DNA of 64,000 nt, from NCBI GenBank assembly GCA_905233925.1, contig CAJOFV010000003.1:500-64499 (forward strand). Direction: 5' to 3'. The notes beneath the pieces were generated by a model. That model worked only from the letters and a program-made list of their open reading frames with translations. It was not told the DNA's origin and ran no database searches. Shown here in pieces: positions 44,007 through 53,829 of this stretch. Position 1 is the stretch's first letter. Every line of letters starts with the position of its first letter. The position numbers and the translations under genes are program-made. Source of the DNA: Paludibacteraceae bacterium (GTDB lineage: Bacteria; Bacteroidota; Bacteroidia; Bacteroidales; Paludibacteraceae).

Positions 44007-45347
44007 TCAGGCAAGCAGGGACTTGGCAAAGGCGGGTACATCTATGCCGTCAAACGTGCCGGAAGACATCATGAGAAGAGCCAGACCATTGGTCATTGGA
44101 CGATTGCCGATTTTGTCATTCACCACTTCTTTCAAGCGGTTTTGGAGCGCGGTACTATCGGTGAATACTTCGACGTTGTCTGTACCGAAGGCTTGGCGTA
44201 CATCGTCGGCAGTAATGGGCGTAAGTCGTTTGTGCTCAATCACTTTCGGGTTGAAATAAACGAATGCCTTGTCTGCCTGTGCCATGCAATCCTTGTACTG
44301 CGGCAGAAAATCCGCCATTAGCGAAGAGAATGTATGCAGCTCCATTGCAGCCACAAGCTCTTTGTCCGGATACCGCTCACGCACGGCATTGACAGTCGCT
44401 TTCAGTTTGGACGGGGAGTGCGCGAAGTCCTTGTAGGCAACACTTGTTTCTGTTTCGCAAATCTTTTCGAGGCGGTTGCTGGCACCGGTAAAGGTGGAAA
44501 TCTCACGATAGAAATCATCCGGTGCGACACCGATAAAATGGCAGGCGAGCATGGCGGCTTGCAGGTTCTGCATATTGTGCTTGCCGAAAACCTGCATCGG
44601 CACGTTGCCTGTATATTCGCGGTATGGCACGCATTTCAATGACTTCGGTGCTTCCGCTGCCAGTTGGCGCAGGTTCTCATCGCCCTCATAATAAATAAAG
44701 GTGTCCGAGATGGTGTGCACGAATTTGCGGAAAGTGTCCACATACTGCGGGAAGGTCGGGAAAACATTGATATGATCCCATGCAATGCCGGTCAGGATGG
44801 CAATATGCGGGTGATACCACAGGAACTTGCTGCGCAGATCCAGCGGTGATGTAAGGTACTCATCGCCCTCAAAAACAGCGTATTTGGCAGTATCCGACAA
44901 GCGCACCATCCGCTCAAAACCCTCTATTTGTGCCCCGACCATATAATCGGCTTCAATACCGAGGCGCTGCAGCACATAGAGAATCATGGACGTGGTAGTT
45001 GTCTTGCCGTGCGAACCGCCAACGACGATGCGAATTTTGTCGCGGGTCTGCTCGTAAAGATATTCCGGGAAAGAATAAATCTTCAGTCCGAGTTCGCGGG
45101 CTTTGACAAGTTCGGGATTGTCTTCGCGGGCATGCATGCCGAGAATGATGGCGTCAATATCGGGCGTGATGCGCTCAGGATGCCACCCCATTTCGTCGGG
45201 CAGCAATCCTGCATCGCGAAGGTGCGTCAGTGCCGGGTCGAATATTTCGTCATCCGAACCGGTCACTACGTACCCTTTCTTGCTTGCCACCGCCATCGCG
45301 AGATTGTGCATGGCGGCTCCGCCTATGGCAATGAAATGAATCCTCAT
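44007..45347 (-). CDS. mpl: Mpl-type Mur ligase (UDP-N-acetylmuramate:L-alanyl-gamma-D-glutamyl-meso-DAP ligase)
   Basis: 446 aa starting MRIHFIAIGGAAMHNLA, with the P-loop GGSHGKTTTTSM and Mur ligase middle and C-terminal domains. Confidence 0.82.
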   Translation of the reverse strand: MRIHFIAIGGAAMHNLAMAVASKKGYVVTGSDDEIFDPALTHLRDAGLLPDEMGWHPERITPDIDAIILGMHAREDNPELVKARELGLKIYSFPEYLYEQTRDKIRIVVGGSHGKTTTTSMILYVLQRLGIEADYMVGAQIEGFERMVRLSDTAKYAVFEGDEYLTSPLDLRSKFLWYHPHIAILTGIAWDHINVFPTFPQYVDTFRKFVHTISDTFIYYEGDENLRQLAAEAPKSLKCVPYREYTGNVPMQVFGKHNMQNLQAAMLACHFIGVAPDDFYREISTFTGASNRLEKICETETSVAYKDFAHSPSKLKATVNAVRERYPDKELVAAMELHTFSSLMADFLPQYKDCMAQADKAFVYFNPKVIEHKRLTPITADDVRQAFGTDNVEVFTDSTALQNRLKEVVNDKIGNRPMTNGLALLMMSSGTFDGIDVPAFAKSLLA

Positions 45348-45368
45348 TTCAGATTTGGAATTACAAAA

Positions 45369-46709
45369 TTATGCAAACAGTTTGCCGAAATCTGCGTGGC
45401 TGATGGCTTTCTCTTCAATCTTTGCCACGCCTTTCAGTGCTTCGTAAATCTTGTTTTCTGCCACACGTTCCACGATGCCGCGAAGTTGGTCTTCCTTCTT
45501 CAGCATTTCGTTCGCATAGTTCGTCAGATACTGGTCGTCAATATGCATCAGACCGTACTGCATGAACTGCATCTTTGCAACTTCCTTAGCATAGGCTTCC
45601 ACGTCCTCTTTCTCGACCTTGATGTCAAATTCCTTCATCAGCTGGTCTTTCGCGAGGTGCCATTTGAGTTCGTTGAGCATGGCGTCGAAGTCCTTGTCCA
45701 GCTTCTCTTCGGTCATATCTTTGTTGGTGGCCATAACCCAGCGGCGCAGGAACGCATTCGGGAACTCCACCTTTTCCATCTTCTTGAGAATAGCCTCTTT
45801 GGCATCCAGACCGAATTTGTATTTGCTGTCCTCAGCCATGTTCGCCTCGATTTCGGCTTTCACTTTGGCGCGGAAATCGGCTTCGTCCTTGATATTGTTC
45901 TCGCCATAAACCTTCGCAAAGAGTTCGCCGTCAATGGCAGCATCTTTGTGGCGGGTAATGCCCTGAATCTCAAAGGTAAAGTCTGCTTTCAGGTTCTCGG
46001 CCTCCTCTTTCTTGATGCCTAACAATGAAGCCACTTCCACTGCGCTGTCAAATGCTTTCATCGGGTTGAACGTCACCACGTCGCCCAACTTCTTGCCGTA
46101 GAACATCTTGGCAGTCTTTTGGTCCTTCATGTATTGCGGGTGCATCATTGCATTCTCTTTCTGCATCGGGTTCTCATCGTTGCCAACTTCCTTGAGCAGA
46201 CCTTTCAATACGTCACCTTCCTGCACGTCCTGGGCATCTTCGTAACTGCCGAAGCGCGAAGCATAACTCTTTACCTGATTATTTACCATTTCATCGGTTA
46301 CGGTAATTGTATAATGTGTGAGTTTGCTCTTGCCGTCGAGTTTGGCATTGAACTCCGGTGCTACTGCGATGTCGAAGGCGAACGTGAACGTGTTCTGGTT
46401 GTCCAAATCCATTGTCGGGGTCAGTTCATCATTGGGCAACGGGTCTCCGAGCAGGTTCAGCTTCTCGGCTTCGATATATTCGCCCAATTTGGCGCCGATG
46501 GTTTTGTTAATAACGTCTGCCAGAACGCCCTTGCCGTACATTTTCTTCACCAGACCTACCGGCACCATACCCGGACGGAAGCCCGGAATATTCGCCTTCT
46601 GGCGGATTTGACGCAGCTCTTTCTGCACTTCTTCTTGATAATCTGCCGGTTCAACCACCATCGTGATAACGCCGGTCATGTCTTTGATTTCGGATTTTGT
46701 AATTTGCAT
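45369..46709 (-). CDS. tig: trigger factor
   Basis: 446 aa with an N-terminal ribosome-binding region containing IPGFRPGMVP (GFRxGxxP motif). Confidence 0.92.
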   Translation of the reverse strand: MQITKSEIKDMTGVITMVVEPADYQEEVQKELRQIRQKANIPGFRPGMVPVGLVKKMYGKGVLADVINKTIGAKLGEYIEAEKLNLLGDPLPNDELTPTMDLDNQNTFTFAFDIAVAPEFNAKLDGKSKLTHYTITVTDEMVNNQVKSYASRFGSYEDAQDVQEGDVLKGLLKEVGNDENPMQKENAMMHPQYMKDQKTAKMFYGKKLGDVVTFNPMKAFDSAVEVASLLGIKKEEAENLKADFTFEIQGITRHKDAAIDGELFAKVYGENNIKDEADFRAKVKAEIEANMAEDSKYKFGLDAKEAILKKMEKVEFPNAFLRRWVMATNKDMTEEKLDKDFDAMLNELKWHLAKDQLMKEFDIKVEKEDVEAYAKEVAKMQFMQYGLMHIDDQYLTNYANEMLKKEDQLRGIVERVAENKIYEALKGVAKIEEKAISHADFGKLFA

Positions 46710-46720
46710 AATATTGTTTT

Positions 46721-48529
46721 TTATCTGTTTGCACGTTTTCTTTCCAGTTCGTCAAGGATGATTTTGCGGATACGCATGGCATGAGGTGTCACTTCCACAT
46801 ACTCATCCACTTTGATATACTCCAACGCTTCTTCGAGGGAGAACTTGATTGCCGGAGGAAGAACTGCCTTGTCGTCTGCTGATTTGGTGCGCATGTTTGT
46901 CAGGTTCTTCGCCTTCACGACGTTGATGACGATGTCGCCTTCCTTGGAGTTTTCGCCAACCACCTGTCCGGCATACACATCCTCCTGCGGCTCAACGAAG
47001 AAGCGTCCCCGGTCTTGCAGTTTGTCCAACGCATATGCTGATGCCGTTCCCGCTTCCATAGCGATGAGAGAACCGTTGATACGTGTCGGCATCTCGCCTT
47101 TATACGGCTGATACTCCAGGAACCGGTGCGCCATGATGGCTTCGCCTGCACTGACGTTCATCACGTATGTACGCATGCCCATGATACCTCGGGAAGGAAT
47201 AGTGAACTCCAGTTGCACACGGTCGTTCACCAGTTCCATTTTGGTCATTTCGCCTCTGTGAACGGTCACAAATTCAATGATTTTGCCCGAGCATTCTTCC
47301 GGCGTATTGACCGTCAGTTGCTCCACCGGTTCGCATTTTACGCCGTCAATTTCCTTGATGATGACTTGCGGCTGACCGACCTGCAACTCGTAGCCTTCGC
47401 GGCGCATGGTTTCAATGAGTACTGACAAATGCAGTACGCCGCGCCCGAAGACCGTCCACGAAGAATCGCTTGCACTCGGCTCTACGCGCAGGGCGAGGTT
47501 CTTCTCTAATTCTTTCATCAAACGGTCGTGGATATGGCGTGAAGTCACGTATTTGCCGTCCTGACCGAAGAACGGCGAATCGTTGATGGTGAAAACCATT
47601 GACATCGTCGGCTCGTCAATGGCAATCGGAGCCAGCGGTTCGGGATTCTCAATATCGCAAATCGTATCGCCGATTTCGAAGCCTTCTATACCGATAAGCG
47701 CACAAATATCACCGGAGGAAACGGCATCCGTTTTTACGTGGGTCATGCCCTCAAACGTATGCAGCTCCTTGATTTTTGTGCGAACTTTTGTGCCGTCTTT
47801 TTTCGCCAGACAAACAGTCTGTCCGTCGCGCAGGGTACCGCGGTGCACACGCCCTACGGCGATTCGTCCCACGTACGGATTATAGTCCAATGAGGTAATC
47901 AGCATCTGCGGCGTGCCTTCTAACACTTCCGGCTCGGGAATATACTCGATTATGGCATCCATGAGTGCTGTCAGGTCGGTGGTCGGTTTGCGCCAGTCCA
48001 TGCTCATCCAACCGTTTTTGGCGGAACCGTAGATGGTTTGGAAATCAAGCTGCTCTTCGGTTGCATCGAGGTTAACCATAAGGTCAAACACAGCCTCTTG
48101 CACTTCGTCCGGACGGCAGTTCAGTTTATCCACTTTGTTAATGACCACAATCGGTTTGAGATTCAGTTCCAATGCCTTTTGCAGCACAAAACGTGTCTGC
48201 GGCATTGGTCCCTCGAACGCATCCACCAGCAGCAGCACGCCGTCTGCCATATTCAGCACACGCTCTACTTCACCGCCGAAGTCCGCGTGACCCGGAGTGT
48301 CGATAATGTTGATTTTGTAGCCTTTGTAGTTGATGGCGACGTTTTTGGCGAGAATGGTTATTCCACGTTCGCGCTCAAGGTCGTTGTTGTCCAGAATCAA
48401 CTCTTTGTTCGCCACGCCTTCCTGACGTGACTCCTGTACCACTTTTGCGGTGTACAGCATTTTGTCAACCAGGGTTGTTTTACCGTGGTCAACGTGTGCG
48501 ATAATCGCTATATTTCTGATTTTTTGCAT
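46721..48529 (-). CDS. typA: translational GTPase TypA/BipA
   Basis: ATG 48529 gives MQKIRNIAIIAHVDHGKTTLVD. DTPGHADFGGEV and NKVD motifs are present. Confidence 0.95.
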   Translation of the reverse strand: MQKIRNIAIIAHVDHGKTTLVDKMLYTAKVVQESRQEGVANKELILDNNDLERERGITILAKNVAINYKGYKINIIDTPGHADFGGEVERVLNMADGVLLLVDAFEGPMPQTRFVLQKALELNLKPIVVINKVDKLNCRPDEVQEAVFDLMVNLDATEEQLDFQTIYGSAKNGWMSMDWRKPTTDLTALMDAIIEYIPEPEVLEGTPQMLITSLDYNPYVGRIAVGRVHRGTLRDGQTVCLAKKDGTKVRTKIKELHTFEGMTHVKTDAVSSGDICALIGIEGFEIGDTICDIENPEPLAPIAIDEPTMSMVFTINDSPFFGQDGKYVTSRHIHDRLMKELEKNLALRVEPSASDSSWTVFGRGVLHLSVLIETMRREGYELQVGQPQVIIKEIDGVKCEPVEQLTVNTPEECSGKIIEFVTVHRGEMTKMELVNDRVQLEFTIPSRGIMGMRTYVMNVSAGEAIMAHRFLEYQPYKGEMPTRINGSLIAMEAGTASAYALDKLQDRGRFFVEPQEDVYAGQVVGENSKEGDIVINVVKAKNLTNMRTKSADDKAVLPPAIKFSLEEALEYIKVDEYVEVTPHAMRIRKIILDELERKRANR

Positions 48530-48548
48530 AGTCAAAGCCAAAAACGCG

Positions 48549-48580
48549 CAAAGGTACGGCTTTTTTTGCACATATGCAAA
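48549..48580 (-). promoter_or_regulatory. Bacteroidetes-type promoter for typA-tig
   Basis: On the minus strand: TTTG (48580-48577), 20 nt, then TACCTTTG (48556-48549), about 20 nt upstream of ATG 48529. Confidence 0.55.
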
Positions 48581-48688
48581 TATTTCCCGATTTTTTGTAT
48601 AATTTCCGTTTTTTCGGACTCAAAAATGCCTCTTTTCCTAACTATAATCCGCTTCCGCCGAAAAATATCCTTGCAGAGCCGTGACCAT

Positions 48689-48710
48689 CACGGGACTTCA
48701 CCGGGACTTC
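48689..48710. repeat. period-11 tandem repeat
   Basis: cacgggacttc accgggacttc. Confidence 0.7.
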
Positions 48711-48853
48711 TTAGCCCTAAAGGGACACGATTATTTCTCCAAGACTTATTTCTCCCTTTTTATCCTGTCTGTTCCCGTAGCATCTCTGGATATCACCGGG
48801 CTTTAGTCGGGTTAAAAAAGAAACAGGCTGCGCAAGGCACAAGAGATGCTTAA

Positions 48854-48880
48854 CATATACTGAAATTCTCACAATTCTCA
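48854..48880. repeat. period-9 degenerate tandem repeat
   Basis: aattctcac aattctcac ttttctcac. Confidence 0.8.
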
Positions 48881-48931
48881 CTTTTCTCACTACAAATGTC
48901 AACGCTATTTAGGAAAAGTCATGTAGCTTAA

Positions 48932-48958
48932 AACTGTGCCAACTGTGTCAAGTGTGCC
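48932..48958. repeat. period-9 degenerate tandem repeat
   Basis: aactgtgcc aactgtgtc aagtgtgcc. Confidence 0.8.
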
Positions 48959-49025
48959 ATGACATTTTTGAAAAATAGTTTTTTTTCAGTTGGCGTTCTA
49001 TCGGGGCACAATCGGATGACTATTG

Positions 49026-49073
49026 GCTTACAAGGGGCTTAATATCTAACTAATATCTAACTTATAACTAACT
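49026..49073 (-). repeat. copy B (inverted) of the TTAGTTA-type dispersed element; includes taatatctaac x2 plus ttataactaac (period 11)
   Basis: The reverse complement reads agttagttataagttagatattagttagatattaagccccttgtaagc. Aligned by eye to 4579-4626. Confidence 0.8.
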
Positions 49074-49124
49074 GCGGGCAGGTTGCCTTGTGACCGGATT
49101 TTGTTCAAAATTGTGCATGATTTA

Positions 49125-49178
49125 GCTTGTGTCTTTTTTTAAGAGAATTTGACACAAGCGGAGAAAAAAGACACAAGC
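49125..49178. other. 15-bp perfect inverted repeat (hairpin) with a third competing arm copy in the loop
   Basis: gcttgtgtctttttt (49125-49139) is the exact reverse complement of aaaaaagacacaagc (49164-49178). The loop contains another gacacaagc (49151-49159). Confidence 0.8.
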
Positions 49179-49242
49179 CATGATGTGGAAAGTGGCAATC
49201 AACTATAGCGCGAAAGTGGTAGAAAATACCAGAAAAATGGAT

Positions 49243-49333
49243 GAGACTTTGAGACTCTGATACCTTCGCAGAAGGTGTAACTATGCTGTTTATCAATAAG
49301 TTACGCACGAAAGTACCAGAGTCTCAAAGTATC
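49243..49333. other. long imperfect inverted repeat (19/21) just downstream of the 1485-aa gene
   Basis: gagactttgagactctgatac (49243-49263) pairs with gtaccagagtctcaaagtatc (49313-49333). The 49-nt loop holds small internal stems (ccttc-gca-gaagg and gtaact...agttac). Confidence 0.7.
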
Positions 49334-49351
49334 AAAGTCTCAGAGTATCAT
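49320..49351. repeat. period-8 degenerate tandem repeat
   Basis: agtctcaa agtatcaa agtctcag agtatcat, ending 8 nt from the stop of the 1485-aa gene. Confidence 0.8.
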
Positions 49352-49358
49352 AAGATTT

Positions 49359-52300
49359 TTATTTCACCTCCTGCCCTTGAACGGTGTATATCTTGCCATC
49401 GCGGAGGATGTAGAGGTGACCATCAAGAATGATTTTGCGTGCAGACAGACATGAATCATCCACAATAATATCATATGCCGAAGAGTCTTCCGTTGTAAAC
49501 TCCCCTTCTCTGCGTTCAATGATATTCTTTTCCGCATCTAAAGCATCGAGCGTGTAATGATACGTTGTACCCGGAGCCAACCCAGTTACTGGTATATTCA
49601 AACCGTTCGTCTCCACTTCTGCCTGCCGCCTAGAAGATCTTGAAGGAGCAGAGCGGAAATCAATTCCCGTGAGGCGACCAGCTGCATCTAATGTCAACAC
49701 ACAAATTGTATCTCCATTGTTACAGATAGCTAATCGGTATGAATCAACGTTCTCATCATCTACAAGAGATGTAGTAATCGTAGCTTCATTCTCAGCTGTG
49801 GTGACATGAACTATTTCCTCTGCAGACGGTGTGTTGGCAGCAAACAATGCCCTATAAAGCACATTCTTATATACCACGAACGTTCTTGGATTTTCTACAA
49901 CACCATCGTTCCAACAAGTAAAATGATATCCTGAATTCGCTATTGCAAAATAAGTATGCGTCGTTCCTTCTTTGAACATACCACTTTCGCCTTGTATATA
50001 CCCCTGTTGAGAATCGCACGTAACTGCCAATTGATAGTATTTGGTTCGACAATCTGCATTAATGTGCAAGTTCTTAATATCCCATGTGGCATAATTAGAA
50101 GTAGTGGAGATATAATGGAATGCAAAAACAGTGTTTTGACCTAAATATTCTATAGGCACATTGATATTGACACTCACATAATTCCAATCAGTATTGGAAG
50201 TATAAGGAGATATGATCAATTGATGCCATTCAGAAGCTGCCCAACTTCCTTTGTAGTTCGATGTTACCCAAAGGGTTAATTCATACGACGGGTTACTGGC
50301 AAACCTATGTGCATGTTGGAACGAAATGCTTGCCTTTACGGCATCGCTCATATCCAAAGCCGGAGTAAACAAATTACCCGAATCGCCTCCTTGCTTTTTT
50401 CCATAGGCGCCAAATTGCGCACTATATGCCCATACAGAAGAATTATCTGTTGTTATTGCACCCAATCCTGTACCGCCCAAAGCAAGATATGACTCATTGA
50501 TACAATCCGTTGAGACTTGTGTGAAATGCGCTGTTAATGTCATATCTTGAGTCATAACAATGGTGCGCGGATTATCTGCGTTACCATCTGACCATTGATC
50601 GAAATAATAACCGGGGTTGGATGTCGCAGATATTTGCACAGAAGTTTCTTCATCATACGTGCCTCCACCGGAAACAGTACCCATAGCGTTATCTTCGGAT
50701 TGTAAATCAAGTGTATATTGCTGTTTTTCAATCGTCAAAGTTCCATTAAATAGAATATACTCATAATTTGTCGCGTAACCATCATCCAACAGTATAATAG
50801 GATAAGTCCCTGCTGGTGAGTTTACATCAGCGTCACATTGAATAGTCGGTAGTTTATCCAGCACATCAATAGTCTCTTCCAATTTGTAGCCGCTAATGCT
50901 TAATTCAAACTTTGGATTCTCTTCCATTTTTTTACGTGTAGCATCTAAAGCACGTATCGTCAACGGAGCCTTGGTGATGACCAATGAGCCTTCCTCATAA
51001 CTTATCGCATAGTTTTGCGCTGCGGCTCCACTCACATAAGCCGGGTATGTCCCAACTGGGCTTGTACGTTTAGCCGTTGTGTATGCTTGCGGTAAAGTCG
51101 TAATGGCAGAACTATTTTCATTATTCTTGAATCCGGTATATGTAAAATTATACTCCGAATTATCTTCACCGTATTCGCGCGTAGCGCTTGCCGAGATAGT
51201 TAACGGCGCTTGCTCAATTGTCAAAACAGCTTTCTTACAAGTGATGGTATAATTATCATCCGCCGTTGCAGTCGGTACTATCTCGTAATTACCGACAGGC
51301 GAAGTTGCAATGGCATTGGAAGACACTTGAATTGTAGATGTCAAGTCAGATTTTGTATCCCCATTGACAAAGCCAGTAACTTTGTATGTGAAGTTCGGGT
51401 TTGCCTCTCCATAAGCACGTGTTACATTGTCAGCAGAAATAGTTAAGACAGCTTTGTTTACAGTTATTTCTTGCGAGGATGACACCTGTTGATAGTTTGC
51501 ATTTCCTGCGAACGAAGCTGTAATGGTATAATGCCCTGCTCCTTGTATCATAGCGTTCGTGCCGACAATAAGCAATTTAGCGGGATTTGAAGACGTAAAG
51601 GACACTTGACCGGCATTGCAAGTTGCAACTAACGCAATAGGAGTATCTCCGTATGTATATTCGTTTGCCAATTGAGCAAAGGCAAGCGTCGGCTGTGCTT
51701 TAGCCACAACAAGTGTACGTTCAACCGGAGTAGCAGTATAATAGTTCTTATTACCCGCAGCAGAAGCGGTAATATAACATTGTCCTGCACCTACGATGGT
51801 TAATACATTACCGTTAATAGCAGCTACCGAATAGTCCGAACTTTCATATTCGATTTCCAAGTCAGAGTTGACCGTGGCTTTCAATGTAACAGGTGTCTGC
51901 CCATAGGTGCAAGCGGGCATTTCAGGGAAGTTGATGGTTTGATAAGCCTTAGTAATGGTCAATGTCTGCGAAACGGTTGAAGCTGCATTGTAGTACTCAT
52001 TACCCGCCTGTGTGGCCGTGATGTCCGTCGTTCCTGTACCCGTGATATGTACTTTATTACCGCTAATGGTAGCTACTGAAGGATTACTGCTGGTGTAGAT
52101 AATGGTCTCGCCTTTGTCAGTTTTTGCAGCTAAGCTAAAATCTCCACTATCATAAGCTCGCGACTCAAGTGCCGGAAAATTGATAGTCTGGTTAGCCTTT
52201 TTGATGGTAAGTGTTTGAGAAACAGATGTTGCTGCCATGTAATAAGCATTACCGGCCTGCGACGCAGTAATAGTCACAACTCCTGGTTTTTTTATGGTAA

Positions 52301-53816
52301 CCACATTGCCGGATATAGACGCGATATTAGCATCACTACTGGTATAAGTAATTGTCAGGTTCTTATTGCTTACTTTTGTCAACTCAAAAGGAACATCACC
52401 GTATGTTTTAGAAGATAGTGCGCCAAACGAAATCGCTTGTGCAGCCTTTTTCACCACTAAAGTTTGAGATACTTCTGCTGCCGCATAGTGGGTTGCGTCA
52501 CCTGCCTGAGAAGCAACGATATCTGTGGAACCTGGTTTTAAGATTGTAACGGTATTGCCACTAACGGTTGCAACACTGGTATTTGTGCTTTTGTAAGAGA
52601 TTGTCAGTCCCTCATTCGTCTTTTGTGGAAGAGTGAACGGAAGATCTTCATAGGTCTTTTCCGGCAACTGACTAAACGTAATAACTTGTGAACGCTTGTT
52701 CACGGTTAGCGTACGAGACACTTGCGTAGCTTCCAAGTAATCGGCATTACCAACCTGTGAAGCAGAGATGATTGCAGTGCCCGGTGCTTTGATAGTCAAC
52801 ACATTACCGCTGACGGTTGCTACAGAAGTGTTCATACTTTGGTACGTAATCGTAAGACCTTTGTTTGTGGTCTTTGGTAGCGTATAAGTCAAACCGGAAG
52901 AATAGGTTTGCACAGGTATCTCAGGGAAATTAATGACCTGTGCGCACTTGTTTACGGTCAGTTTAGCCGTGGTCGTTGTAACACCATTACACCCATTAGA
53001 CACGTAGCATGTATAGTTGCCGGCATGTGAGGATTTAATCTTTGATATCGTATAAGTCCGGCTTTTTGCTCCGGAAATATCCGTGCCACCTTTTTTCCAT
53101 TGATAAGAATAACCGTTATCGGTCACATTTGCTGTCAGCGTAATACTCTCATCAACTGTTTTTGTATTGGTAGCAGGTGTGGCTTGGATAGTAGATGGAA
53201 CGGCATCAACGTAGGTGATAGTAAGAATACTACTATATGTGTTGTTTGTTCCTAAAAGACGATATTTTGCAGTGCCTGCCGTAGGGTTAGATTCTGTATA
53301 TTGATAAGTCTTACAAGTAATATTAGTCCATGTGCTTCCACCGTCATAACTTCTTTCCCAGCGGGAAATACTCCCCCCATTGTGCCATATTCCTATTTTT
53401 TTTGATGATTTTGAACAGGTAGATTGCGAGGTCGTATTTATAATAATATAGCAACTCCCACTATAAGAATAAAAAGTCCCGCCTCCATCAATACCACTAC
53501 CATCGGGCTTAAATTTCAACTTCCCGAGATGTATACTATGAAGAACCCCTTTCTCTAATTGATTAGTCGGGTATGCGCTAATAAGATCCAAATTTGTTTG
53601 TGCAACATCATCAATTTTGAAAGATTTCCAATCACCAGAACTACTGGTCAAACTAAACTTTAAAGTTTCGTTACTATTTACCACAAATACCGGATAACTA
53701 TTATATGTACCTTGAGAAGTATGCCCATCTATGGTCACGGTACAGGTATAAGAAACTGCATATAATATTCCGTATTGACATAATAAAAAACAGATTAAAA
53801 TAAATATCTTTTTCAT
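49359..53816 (-). CDS. 1485-aa secreted adhesin-like mosaic protein (Ig-like, about 8 Big_2-like repeats, MBG-like repeats, InlB B-repeats, conserved C-terminal tail)
   Basis: Signal peptide MKKIFILICFLLCQYGILYA and Ig-like SHAGNYTCYVSNG. There are tandem ~83-aa repeats of the type NTSVATVSGNVLTIKAPGTAIISASQVGNADYLEATQVSRTLTVNK, at roughly 51476-52946. Three AxLTIxA...YG..NP.F.Y..GF.N repeats follow. The tail is KIILDGHLYILRDGKIYTVQGQEVK. Confidence 0.85.
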   Translation of the reverse strand: MKKIFILICFLLCQYGILYAVSYTCTVTIDGHTSQGTYNSYPVFVVNSNETLKFSLTSSSGDWKSFKIDDVAQTNLDLISAYPTNQLEKGVLHSIHLGKLKFKPDGSGIDGGGTFYSYSGSCYIIINTTSQSTCSKSSKKIGIWHNGGSISRWERSYDGGSTWTNITCKTYQYTESNPTAGTAKYRLLGTNNTYSSILTITYVDAVPSTIQATPATNTKTVDESITLTANVTDNGYSYQWKKGGTDISGAKSRTYTISKIKSSHAGNYTCYVSNGCNGVTTTTAKLTVNKCAQVINFPEIPVQTYSSGLTYTLPKTTNKGLTITYQSMNTSVATVSGNVLTIKAPGTAIISASQVGNADYLEATQVSRTLTVNKRSQVITFSQLPEKTYEDLPFTLPQKTNEGLTISYKSTNTSVATVSGNTVTILKPGSTDIVASQAGDATHYAAAEVSQTLVVKKAAQAISFGALSSKTYGDVPFELTKVSNKNLTITYTSSDANIASISGNVVTIKKPGVVTITASQAGNAYYMAATSVSQTLTIKKANQTINFPALESRAYDSGDFSLAAKTDKGETIIYTSSNPSVATISGNKVHITGTGTTDITATQAGNEYYNAASTVSQTLTITKAYQTINFPEMPACTYGQTPVTLKATVNSDLEIEYESSDYSVAAINGNVLTIVGAGQCYITASAAGNKNYYTATPVERTLVVAKAQPTLAFAQLANEYTYGDTPIALVATCNAGQVSFTSSNPAKLLIVGTNAMIQGAGHYTITASFAGNANYQQVSSSQEITVNKAVLTISADNVTRAYGEANPNFTYKVTGFVNGDTKSDLTSTIQVSSNAIATSPVGNYEIVPTATADDNYTITCKKAVLTIEQAPLTISASATREYGEDNSEYNFTYTGFKNNENSSAITTLPQAYTTAKRTSPVGTYPAYVSGAAAQNYAISYEEGSLVITKAPLTIRALDATRKKMEENPKFELSISGYKLEETIDVLDKLPTIQCDADVNSPAGTYPIILLDDGYATNYEYILFNGTLTIEKQQYTLDLQSEDNAMGTVSGGGTYDEETSVQISATSNPGYYFDQWSDGNADNPRTIVMTQDMTLTAHFTQVSTDCINESYLALGGTGLGAITTDNSSVWAYSAQFGAYGKKQGGDSGNLFTPALDMSDAVKASISFQHAHRFASNPSYELTLWVTSNYKGSWAASEWHQLIISPYTSNTDWNYVSVNINVPIEYLGQNTVFAFHYISTTSNYATWDIKNLHINADCRTKYYQLAVTCDSQQGYIQGESGMFKEGTTHTYFAIANSGYHFTCWNDGVVENPRTFVVYKNVLYRALFAANTPSAEEIVHVTTAENEATITTSLVDDENVDSYRLAICNNGDTICVLTLDAAGRLTGIDFRSAPSRSSRRQAEVETNGLNIPVTGLAPGTTYHYTLDALDAEKNIIERREGEFTTEDSSAYDIIVDDSCLSARKIILDGHLYILRDGKIYTVQGQEVK

Positions 53817-53829
53817 AATTGCAAAATTT

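Noticed and set aside
48683-48696. The 14-nt sequence gaccatcacgggac is matched in inverted orientation at 55517-55530. The two sites bracket the AT-rich segment and so looked like possible island boundary repeats.
   Set aside because: A 14-mer inverted match is expected by chance several times in 64 kb (roughly N squared over 4 to the 14). Similarity does not extend beyond 14 nt. There is no integrase and no tRNA target.
49105-49308. 67-aa minus-strand ORF in the repeat-rich spacer, and the 122-aa plus-strand ORF at 48485-48853.
   Set aside because: They run through tandem repeats and hairpins. They have no start context and no recognisable motifs, and they overlap the typA promoter or 5-prime end.
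53373-53403. A G6 run and an A8 run (coding strand) lie near the 5-prime part of the 1485-aa gene, suggesting a possible slipped-strand phase-variation tract.
   Set aside because: Runs of this length are unremarkable in AT-rich DNA. There is no evidence of length heterogeneity in a single sequence.
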